Shown here one piece after another: positions 50,964 through 62,662 of a stretch of 64,000 nt of DNA. The number at the start of each line of letters is the position of its first letter. Position 1 is the first letter of the stretch. Position numbers and translations under genes: made by a program. Where the stretch lies: contig NC_092676.1 of NCBI RefSeq assembly GCF_964355755.1, forward strand, positions 30,398,871 through 30,462,870, written 5' to 3'. The notes below the pieces were generated by a model. That model had not been told where the DNA came from. It worked only from the letters and a program-made list of their open reading frames with translations, and did no database searches. Source of the DNA: Antedon mediterranea (taxonomy: Eukaryota > Animalia > Echinodermata).

Positions 50964-51690
50964 ACTGATCATAACTGGGCCCTCTGGGAGACCAATCTTT
51001 GACTGAAGAGGTCTAGCTCATACGCACTTTAAAGAACCTAGTACATCTTTTGAGATGAGTAGGGGGTTACCCGGTGTACTAGTACATCACAGTAACTGAT
51101 CATAACTGGGCCCTCTGGGAGACCAGTCTTTGACTGAAGAGGTCTAGCTCATACGCACTTTAAAGAACCTAGTACATCTTTTGAGATGAGTAGGGGGTTA
51201 CCCGGTGTACTAGTACATCACAGTAACTGATCATAACTGGGATCTCTGGGAGACCAATCTTTGACTGAAGAGGTCTAGCTCATACGCACTTTAAAGAACC
51301 TAGTACATCTTTTGAGATGAGTAGGGGGTTACCCGGTGTACTAGTACATCACAGTAACTGATCATAACTGGGCCCTTTTGGAGACCAGTCTTTGACTGAA
51401 GAGGTCTAGCTCATACGCACTTTAAAGAACCTAGTACATCTTTTGAGATGAGTAGGGGGTTACCCGGTGTACTAGTACATCACAGTAACTGATCATAACT
51501 GGGCCCTCTGGGAGACCAGTCTTTGACTGAAGAGGTCTAGCTCATACGCACTTTAAAGAACCTAGTACATCTTTTGAGATAAGTAGGGGGTTACCCGGTG
51601 TACTAGTACATCACAGTAACTGATCATAACTGGGCCCTCTGGGAGACCAGTCTTTGACTGAAGAGGTCGCCCAGTATTAATAAAATATTT
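50964..51690 (+). repeat. 131-bp tandem array (about 5.4 copies) made from the 3' half of a Deu-type SINE
   Basis: Units start at 50964, 51095, 51226, 51357, 51488 and 51619. The sequence matches the reverse complement of about 63780-63910. Confidence 0.9.
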
Positions 51691-52365
51691 CAATTCATGT
51701 TGCTATTGTATTTTGCCATAGAAATACAATTGTTGATCTTTAAACAAGAACTATTGACTATTTTTTCTGCTGATTCTATTCCATGAACTGTTCTTGTGTA
51801 CAACTCCCCACCCCCTATACCCTGATAAATATAAAATGAAATATCTATAATTCATAATTATGTGTTATCAAGAATAATATCAACATTTCATGCTTAATCA
51901 TATATAATTCCCTTCTTAAAAGGAGTGGTTTTGACCTTGTTTAAAGGAGATTAATATTAATTCAAATCTAATTGATAAGGTCATCAAAATTAAGATAAAG
52001 ATCTGCATTTCTACCAAGGTAATTGAGAACTTTAAAATCTACAGATCTATAATGTTGTGCGTTTATTGTTTAAGATTTTTGATCTAGTCATAACTAACAT
52101 TTCTTTTTTTCAGTGAAAGGATGGAATATTGCCACGTGGTTGGAGAAATTGTAAGTTTGAATTGTGAATCATTGTACTGTACATTTTTTGTTATTTTTAA
52201 ACAATTGTTGAGGAGGATATAGGCCTAGTATTAATTTCATGTCTGGGAAACATGCATTTGGCAATTCTCACCTTTAGTAGAAAAGGCAGCTACAGTAGCA
52301 ACTAAAACAAGTTTTTTATTTATGAACGTACGTTGGGGGCGTAACGTAACCGTAAACAAAACAAA

Positions 52366-55300
52366 ATGGCAACTGAAGGCAAGGAACGTAGATGTTGGGT
52401 TATTGTAAACAGGCAAGATTTAAAAGGTATTGTATTGTAATACTGACTGTCATCTGGCTGTGGTAATGTAGGGTAACGCTACAATAAATAATAAATATTA
52501 TCCAGCAGCACAAAAAAGAACGGATCTCCAAAAGAACATAGGCTAGGCCAGGTGGTAGCCGATCACTCCGGCCGCGCTTCACTCCGGCCGCCGTATCAGT
52601 TTAGCGCGATGGTATGCACTCCGGCCGCTATTAAATTCGACTTCCTGTGCAAAGGGGCCGTTAGTATGGAGCGCCCATATCTACGACGCGTTTTCTATAC
52701 TATTCAGTGTTATAACATGGAGTATTACTCCATGGTTATAACAAATTCTTGGTGAATTTAAATGGAACTAGGCCTAGTTGAATATTTATTAGCAACAATT
52801 TTACTTTTTTCATTAACAATAACATTCAAAGAAGTTGGAACTGCTTTTTCTTTCAAACTAAACTTAACTTAATTAAATTCAATAATAAAATAATAATCAA
52901 ATACCCGTCTAATTAATGCTTGAATAACAATATTTAATTTCTTTCTATGTACATTTATTTTTCGCTGTGGCTAAAGATACGGTACCGTATTCTAACTTCT
53001 GTTTACTAAAGGTACGGTAAAATTGCATTACGTCATAATCAGCCAATGGGGTGTTGGTACGTGTGTGACGTCATCGTATAAGGACTTTTGATTTTTTTTT
53101 TCATATCGCGTCTGTTGTATCAAAGAATATATATCACAAGAATGAGTATTCCGCGATTATTGCATGAGAAATTTGTAACAGAGAGCTCCAGTGAGTGATG
53201 CCCGCCCTCATAAGGGCGGATGTATACATACTAAATAAGACTTGATTTAATAGATATTATACATGTCACATTAAATAGAATTATGATAATAGTTTTTGCA
53301 ATTGTAAACTATTTTATAATACATATTTATTAACAAACTAGTGTACGTTCACTTTTACAGACAATTATTTACTAACATGCTAAGTTAGTTCACAAAAAGG
53401 CCTAACACAGCAACACCAAAAATCAATGAATCGTTACTCAGCACGGCCTATTCTTTACCATTGTCGTGTACTACTCTACGCCCGGTAAAATAAGTATTGT
53501 TTTTATGATATAAATTAGTATAAAATACATGTTATTAATAGGACAAAATGTTAAATGTTATTAACATTTATTTGTTTTACCAGAAACAAGTTAAATATAG
53601 GAATATTATTAAACAATCCTTCGTGAAAACGCGTAAACACCAACACGCCCGGTCACGCTATCGTAGCGCCCGGTTAATAAAGCAAACTGTTTATACGGCA
53701 GTTTTTACTAAATAAATTGCATAAAACGAACAATTAAATATCCAAATAGTATTTAACATGATGTTGGCATGTAGTTGATAACATTTTTTATCATGAAAAT
53801 ACTACCGGTGGTCTAGCCTTTGATTATTGAAACCGTCACAAAAAGTTGTATACATCCCAGATACATCCACACTTATGGCGGCGCCCTACCACATGGACAA
53901 TATTACTGTTACAGGGAAAATCGCGGAATACTCATTCTTGTGATATATATTCTTTGGTTGTATGTAGAGAATTCCTGTCGGCGGTGCCAGGCTGCATGAG
54001 TGTGTGTGCGCTGATGAGGGTTTTATTTTTATTGCAAATGGCCTTTAGGCCTATATTTTTTATTAAACTTTGTTTACAATGGTGACCATAAACAACAAGC
54101 AAGTGCGGACAATAAAGGGGCCCTCAAATACTATGATTTTTAGACAGTAGCCCCAGGTCTGAGTCACAGAAATCAGCGCACACATGCAGCTGGCCCCAGC
54201 CTGGCATCGCTTTCCCTACACAAACAAACTCATAATAATGAGGTTAGAGTACGTAGTAAGTAGGCCTAGGCCTCTTTTGAAACGGTTTTTTGTATTCTAG
54301 AATTAAAATCAACATGTTTTGGCTTTTCAATAATAATAATAATAACAGACGTAGGCTACATTTAGTTTTTGTCACACACGACAGCAATAATAGCGATAAA
54401 TGAAGCATAAAGAAAATGCGGTTGATCACTGTTTTCGCGATATGAAAAAATCCAAAGTCCTTATACGATGACGTCACACACGTACGTATTGGCTGGTTAT
54501 GACGTAATGCAATTTTACCGTACCTTTAGTAAACAGAAGTTAGAATACGGTACCGTATCTTTAGCCACGGCGTTTATTTTTATAGCTTTACATTTATTAA
54601 CATTAAACATTTGTTAAAACCCTTATTTTTATAACACTTTATCTTGCCAGTACCCATACTTACTAATTATAGTTGATAACAATATGTAAAATATTAATTT
54701 ATTTATTTCAAATAATCAATTATTATTGATGTTTGTTATAGTTAATAATAACAATATTTACAATATTAATTTATTTCAAATAATCAAATATCCGTGTAAT
54801 TAATGTTACCTGGAATTGTATCAAGAATTAATATATTATTTTTGTACAGTCCAATTTACAATAATTTTATATTTTAATTTATATATGATAAACATAATAT
54901 TATGACATATGGTACATTGCAATAAATTACATTAATTAATCACATTACAATTATACTAGCCTATTACATTTAATTGGATACAACACATAAATTATTTTGT
55001 TTTAGCATTAGACCTAATTTAAAACACTTGTGATGTTGTTGTGATCCTGAAAGAGAAAAAATATACTGTATGATTACAAATGTTTATTTTGATTCTCTAC
55101 AAAAAAACGTGTCTCGGTTGTAAAAGACTCATTGGGCGCTCCATAGCTGCGGCCGGAATGAATCGCGGCCGGAATGAATCGCGGCCGGATTGAAGCGCGG
55201 CCGGAGTGATCTGTATTCGGCCAGGTTGGTCACACGACAGATAAGAGTGCGAAACGGAACTAGCGCCGAGTGATGTGCATTTCCAATTTTGGCCGGCTAC

Positions 55301-58300
55301 TAGTCAATTCGGCCGCCTGATATGAAACGCCCAAATTCATGAAATGCCAAGAAGGGAAAAAATGATGACAGGTTCATTTCGTCCGCCGGGTATGGCGCGC
55401 CAAATGCCATAATAATTGTATTTCTTTGCTGAATATCAATTATAATTCAATATTATTTTTTTAGTGGCCTGACTGATGGATAAGATAGGCCTACTAGTAA
55501 TATAGGCCTATTACTGTAAGTTATGACCATATCACTGTTTATCATTTCCTTTGTGTACTCCTACTAAATACATAACGTTTTGTTAATGAAAATTTAATTT
55601 TACAGATGACACTGAACATAATGAAGTAACAGAAGTTAATAAGGACAAGAATCCAGTTGCTGTTTTATTCAGCATAATGGATAGTTGCACGGAAGTACAA
55701 AATGCTTTCAGGAAAGCCTGTAATGTCGATAATCAACATTTAATTATTAAGGTATTTTAAACACCTTATTTTCAAAAGCAACAACAAAGCTAAAATCACT
55801 ATGCAAGATTTACAGTAGCTTGCTACAACACAGTAGTACTGTAGAAAGAACTGGTATTATTACTAATTAAAAATGCTTCATTAATGTGAAGGCCATAATT
55901 CCAAATACAATCCAAAGTGCACTTGATAAGAATTTCTGACTACATTGTGTTGAGCTGAAATTTGTACACTGTATGGTAGATCACTTTCAGCAGTCTCATT
56001 CAAATATTCTGTTTAATTTGTATACTGTTGGTAGATCACTTTCAGCAGTCTCATTCAAATAATCTGTTTAATTTGTACACTGTTTGTAGATCACTTTCAG
56101 CAGTCTCATTCAAATATTCTGTTTAATTTGTACACTGTTTGGTAGATCACTTTCAGCAGTCTCATTCAAATAATCTGTTTAATTTGTACACTGTATGGTA
56201 GATCACTTTCAGCAGTCTCATTCAAATATTCTGTTTAATTTGTACACTGTATGGTAGATCACTTTCAGCAGTCTCATTCAAATATTCTGTTTAATTTGTA
56301 CACTGTATGGTAGATCACTTTCAGCAGTCTCATTCAAATAATCTGTTTAATTTGTACACTGTTTGTAGATCACTTTCAGCAGTCTCATTCAAATAATCTG
56401 TTTAATTTGTACACTGTTTGTAGATCACTTTCAGCAGTCTCATTCAAATATTCTGTTTAATTTGTACACTGTTGGTAGATCACTTTCAGCAGTCTCATTC
56501 AAATAATCTGTTTAATTTGTACACTGTTTGTAGATCACTTTCAGCAGTCTCATTCAAATAATCTGTTTAATTTGTACACTGTATGGTAGATCACTTTCAG
56601 CAGTCTCATTCAAATAATCTGTTTAATTTGTACACTGTTTGTAGATCACTTTCAGCAGTCTCATTCAAATAATCTGTTTAATTTGTACACTGTTTGTAGA
56701 TCACTTTCAGCAGTCTCATTCAAATAATCTGTTTAATTTGTACACTGTTTGTAGATCACTTTCAGCAGTCTCATTCAAATAATCTGTTTAATTTGTACAC
56801 TGTATGGTAAATCACTTTAAGTTTCAGCAGTCTCATTCAAATAATCTGTTAAATTTGTACACTGTTTGTAGATCACTTTCAGCAGTCTCATTCAAATAAT
56901 CTGTTTAATTTGTACACTGTTGGTAGATCACTTTCAGCAGTCTCATTCAAATATTCTGTTTAATTTGTACACTGTTGGTAGATCACTTTCAGCAGTCTCA
57001 TTCAAATAATCTGTTTAATTTGTACACTGTTTGTAGATCACTTTCAGCAGTCTCATTCAAATAATCTGTTTAATTTGTACACTGTTTGTAGATCACTTTC
57101 AGCAGTCTCATTCAAATATTCTTTTTAATTTGTACACTGTATGGTAGATCACTTTCAGCAGTCTCATTCAAATAATCTGTTTAATTTGTACACTGTATGG
57201 TAGATCACTTTCAGCAGTCTCATTCAAATATTCTGTTTAATTTGTACACTGTATGGTAGATCACTTTCAGCAGTCTCATTCAAATAATCTGTTTAATTTG
57301 TACACTGTATGGTAGATCACTTTCAGCAGTCTCATTCAAATAATCTGTTTAATTTGTACACTGTATGGTAGATCACTTTCAGCAGTCTCATTCAAATAAT
57401 CTGTTTAATTTGTACACTGTATGGTAGATCACTTTCAGCAGTCTCATTCAAATAATCTGTTTAATTTGTACACTGTATGGTAGATCACTTTCAGCAGTCT
57501 CATTCAAATAATCTGTTTAATTTGTACACTGTATGGTAAATCACTTTCAGCAGTCTCATTCAAATAATCTGTTTAATTTGTACACTGTATGGTAGATCAC
57601 TTTCAGCAGTCTCATTCAAATAATCTGTTTAATTTGTACACTGTATGGTAAATCACTTTCAGCAGTCTCATTCAAATATTCTGTTTAATTTGTACACTGT
57701 ATGGTAGATCACTTTCAGCAGTCTCATTCAAATAATTTGTTTAATTTGTACACTGTATGGTAGATCACTTTCAGCAGTCTCATTCAAATAATCTGTTTAA
57801 TTTATTTGTACACTGTACATGGTAGATCACTTTCAGCAGTCTCATTCAAATATTCTGTTTAATTTGTACACTGTTTGGTAGATCACTTTCAGCAGTCTCA
57901 TTCAAATATTCTGTTTAATTTGTACACTGTTTGGTAGATCACTTTCAGCAGTCTCATTCAAATATTCTGTTTAATTTGTACACTGTATGGTAGATCACTT
58001 TCAGCAGTCTCATTCAAATAATCTGTTTAATTTGTACACTGTTTGTAGATCACTTTCAGCAGTCTCATTCAAATAATCTGTTTAATTTGTACACTGTATG
58101 GTAGATCACTTTCAGCAGTCTCATTCAAATAATCTGTTTAATTTGTACACTGTTTGTAGATCACTTTCAGCAGTCAAATTCAAATATTCTGTTTAATTTG
58201 TACACTGTATGGTAGATCACTTTCAGCAGTCTCATTCAAATAATCTGTTTAATTTGTACACTGTTTGTAGATCACTTTCAGCAGTCTCATTCAAATATTC

Positions 58301-61300
58301 TGTTTAATTTGTACACTGTATGGTAGATCACTTTCAGCAGTCTCATTCAAATATTCTGTTTAATTTGTACACTGTTTGTAGATCACTTTCAGCAGTCTCA
58401 TTCAAATAATCTGTTTAATTTGTACACTGTATGGTAGATCACTTTCAGCAGTCTCATTCAAATAATCTGTTTAATTTGTACACTGTTTGTAGATCACTTT
58501 CAGCAGTCTCATTCAAATAATCTGTTTAATTTGTACACTGTTTGTAGATCACTTTCAGCAGTCTCATTCAAATAATCTGTTTAATTTGTACACTGTTTGT
58601 AGATCACTTTCAGCAGTCTCATTCAAATAATCTGTTTAATTTGTACACTGTATGGTAGATCACTTTCAGCAGTCTCATTCAAATAATCTGTTTAATTTGT
58701 ACACTGTATGGTAAATCACTTTCAGCAGTCAAATTCAAATATTCTGTTTAATTTGTATACTGTTTGGTAGATCACTTTCAGCAGTCTCATTCAAATATTC
58801 TTTTTAATTTGTACACTGTATGGTAAATCACTTTCAGCAGTCTCATTCAAATAATCTGTTTAATTTGTACACTGTATGGTAAATCACTTTCAGCAGTCTC
58901 ATTCAAATAATCTGTTTAATTTATTTGTACACTGTACATGGTAGATCACTTTCAGCAGTCTCATTCAAATAATCTGTTTAATTTGTATACTGTTTGGTAG
59001 ATCACTTTCAGCAGTCTCATTCAAATAATCTGTTTAATTTATTTGTACACTGTACATGGTAGATCACTTTCAGCAGTCTCATTCAAATAATCTGTTTAAT
59101 TTGTACACTGTATGGTAAATCACTTTCAGCAGTCAAATTCAAATATTCTGTTTAATTTGTATACTGTTGGTAGATCACTTTCAGCAGTCTCATTCAAATA
59201 TTCTTTTTAATTTGTACACTGTATGGTAAATCACTTTCAGCAGTCTCATTCAAATAATCTGTTTAATTTGTACACTGTATGGTAAATCACTTTCAGCAGT
59301 CTCATTCAAATAATCTGTTTAATTTATTTGTACACTGTATGGTAGATCACTTTCAGCAGTCTCATTCAAATATTCTGTTTAATTTGTACACTGTATGGTA
59401 GATCACTTTCAGCAGTCTCATTCAAATATTCTTTTTAATTTGTACACTGTTGGTAGATCACTTTCAGCAGTCTCATTCAAATATTCTGTTTAATTTGTAC
59501 ACTGTTTGGTAGATCACTTTCAGCAGTCTCAATCAAATAATCTGTTTAATTTGAACACTGTATGGTAGATCACTTTCAGCAGTCTCATTCAAATATTCTG
59601 TTTAATTTGTACACTGTATGGTAAATCACTTTCAGCAGTCAAATTCAAATATTCTGTTTAATTTGTATACTGTTTGTAGATCACTTTCAGAAGTCTCATT
59701 CAAATATTCTGTTTAATTTGTACACTGTATGGTAGATCACTTTCAGCAGTCTCATTCAAATAATCTTTTTAATTTGTACACTGTTTGTAGATCACTTTCA
59801 GCAGTCTCATTCAAATAATCTGTTTAATTTGAACACTGTTTGTAGATCACTTTCAGCAGTCTCATTCAAATATTCTGTTTAATTTGTACACTGTATGGTA
59901 AATCACTTTCAGCAGTCTCATTCAAATATTCTGTTTAATTTGTATACTGTTTGTAGATCACTTTCAGCAGTCTCATTCAAATAATCTGTTTAATTTGTAC
60001 ACTGGTAGATCACTTTCAGCAGTCTCATTCAAATATTCTGTTTAATTTGTACACTGTATGGTAAATCACTTTCAGCAGTCTCATTCAAATATTCTGTTTA
60101 ATTTGTACACTGTTTGGTAGATCACTTTCAGCAGTCTCAATCAAATAATCTGTTTAATTTGAACACTGTATGGTAGATCACTTTCAGCAGTCTCATTCAA
60201 ATAATCTGTTTAATTTGTACACTGTATGGTAGATCACTTTCAGCAGTCTCAATCAAATAATCTGTTTAATTTGAACACTGTATGGTAGATCACTTTCAGC
60301 AGTCTCATTCAAATATTCTGTTTAATTTGTATAGTGTTGGTAGATCACTTTCAGCAGTCTCATTCAAATAATCTGTTTAATTGTTTACTTACAGTTGAGG
60401 AATAAACGCGGATCACTTATACCTATAAATGGCTTTGTTACTCCAAACACCAAACACATGTATGTATTATTTTATTTGAATTCTCTTTGTAGTCTATGTA
60501 TAATTGTTTGTCTATGAAGCTTTTGTATGCTGTGATCTTAAAGCGCTTTAGAGTTTATTTGGTTTCTCCAGACACATGGATAACCATAATGTCATATATA
60601 TTATAGTAATTGCTTTGTGTGAATAAATTGAACTTGAAATACCAGAGGTGGATCCAAAACCTAGCACTACTATTTTATATCTATTTTTGACCGATTATTG
60701 TATGTTAGCGTATGTTTAATTTAAGTCCTTAATCCACCCCAGAATACACTATATTATTGTATGTTAGCGTATGTTTAATTTAAGTCCTTAATCCACCCCA
60801 GAATACACTATATTATTGTATGTTAGCGTATGTTTAATTTAAGTCCTTAATCCACCCCAGAATACACTATATTATTGTATGTTAGCGTATGTTTAATTTA
60901 AGTCCTTAATCCACCCCAGAATACACTATATTATTGTATGTTAGCGTATGTTTAATTTAAGTCCTTAATCCACCCCAGAATACACTATATTATTGTATGT
61001 TAGCGTATGTTTAATTTAAGTCCTTAATCCACCCCAGAATACACTATATTATTGTATGTTAGCGTATGTTTAATTTAAGTCCTTAATCCACCCCAGAATA
61101 CACTATATTATTTTATGTTAGCGTATGTTTAATTTAAGTCCTTAATCCACCCCAGAATACACTATATTATTGTATGTTAGCGTATGTTTAATTTAAGTCC
61201 TTAATCCACCCCAGAATACACTATATTATTGTATGTTAGCGTATGTTTAATTTAAGTCCTTAATCCACCCCAGAATACACTATATTATTGTATGTTAGCG

Positions 61301-62572
61301 TATGTTTAATTTAAGTCCTTAATCCACCCCAGAATACACTATATTATTGTATGTTAGCGTATGTTTAATTTAAGTCCTTAATCCACCCCAGAATACACTA
61401 TATTATTTTATGTTAGCGTATGTTTAATTTAAGTCCTTAATCCACCCCAGAATACACTATATTATTGTATGTTAGCGTATGTTTAATTTAAGTCCTTAAT
61501 CCACCCCAGAATACACTATATTATTGTATGTTAGCGTATGTTTAATTTAAGTCCTTAATCCACCCCAGAATACACTATATTATTTTATGTTAGCGTATGT
61601 TTAATTTAAGTCCTTAATCCACCCCAGAATACACTATATTATTGTATGTTAGCGTATGTTTAATTTAAGTCCTTAATCCACCCCAGAATACACTATATTA
61701 TTGTATGTTAGCGTATGTTTAATTTAAGTCCTTAATCCACCCCAGAATACACTATATTATTGTATGTTAGCGTATGTTTAATTTAAGTCCTTAATCCACC
61801 CCAGAATACACTATATTATTGTATGTTAGCGTATGTTTAATTTAAGTCCTTAATCCACCCCAGAATACACTATATTATTTTTATAAATACTAAGTACAAT
61901 ACTTATAGTAATAAATATAGTAATTATTATTTTTCAATGTTTATACTGTGTTACTTTCAGGCCATATGAGGTTCAAGTAGTTCGTAGGTATCAACATGGT
62001 AAGTTCAAATTAGGTGAATTAATATACATTTTATTTTTGTTTAGAGTACAGTACAGCACTTGGTAAACTTATATTGCAAATTAAGTACTGTACTGTATAT
62101 ATGTGTTTTATTTTAGTGAAACCAAAGCCTAGGTCTGTTAAGCTACCAGATTATAATGAAGCTCTAAAGGAAAGAATGGAAAACATGGTCAAACGTGTAA
62201 GTTTAGTATTTTTAATTATACCTTATATTCAAAATAAATATATATTATATATACAGCTTGAGTATACGTCATTATTATACTCTATTCATAATGTTTGTTT
62301 AATCAATCAGATTGAAGCATTAGAAAGTTGTGCACCAGAATTGAGAAATAAAAGGCAGGATAAGATTGATAAGGTAAGATTATAAGACAATTATAATTGA
62401 CTCATAAAAAGTAATAAAAAGTGCTCAAATGATAGTTTTAAAAAAAATATAATTATTGTGTTTTTAGGAAGTGAACGAACTAAATGAAAAAATGAAATTC
62501 TTGAACAAAAGGATGAGTGAAGCTGAACAAGTACAATGGAAAGGCATGTTCAAACGGCATCCACTCTGGTGA
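52366..62572 (+). CDS. Uncharacterised 185-aa protein (N-terminal domain reminiscent of the PDE9A N-terminus, coiled coil, C-terminal WKGMFKRHPLW)
   Basis: Seven GT-AG exons join in phase without stops: 52366-52426, 55606-55751, 60395-60459, 61961-61998, 62117-62196, 62311-62373 and 62468-62572. The domain resemblance is from memory only. Confidence 0.78.
52963..54572. mobile_element. CGC-ended MITE, copy 2, with 9-bp TSD TTTATTTTT
   Basis: Same TIRs as 27132-27945 with the interior in the opposite orientation. Confidence 0.92.
53121..53956. mobile_element. Non-autonomous P-superfamily-like element (CA...TG termini, 7-bp TSD GTTGTAT)
   Basis: Perfect ~38-bp TIR CAAAGAATATATATCACAAGAATGAGTATTCCGCGATT; absent from the paralogous MITE at 27132. 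Confidence 0.88.
55959..60382 (+). repeat. 55-56-bp intronic minisatellite (about 79 copies, 4.4 kb) ending next to a 3' splice site
   Basis: Unit AATTTGTACACTGTATGGTAGATCACTTTCAGCAGTCTCATTCAAATAWTCTGTTT. Confidence 0.97.
60694..61881 (+). repeat. 59-bp intronic minisatellite (about 20 near-identical copies)
   Basis: Unit ATTATTGTATGTTAGCGTATGTTTAATTTAAGTCCTTAATCCACCCCAGAATACACTAT. Confidence 0.97.
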
Positions 62573-62662
62573 TGGCACTGTGACATTCACTCTGGTGATG
62601 GCACTGTGACATTCACTCTGGTGATGGTACTGTGACATCCACTCTGGCGATAGCACTGTGAA
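62562..62662 (+). repeat. 26-bp tandem repeat (about 4 copies) spanning the stop codon
   Basis: CACTCTGGTGATGGCACTGTGACATT; the first copy contains the final codons CTC TGG TGA. Confidence 0.9.

Larger units (their letters stand above)
52554..55218 (+). mobile_element. Second copy of the 9714 family (TSD GGCCAGGT) with nested insertions
   Basis: Termini and interior match 9714-10487; 8-bp TSD at 52546-52553 and 55219-55226. Confidence 0.92.
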
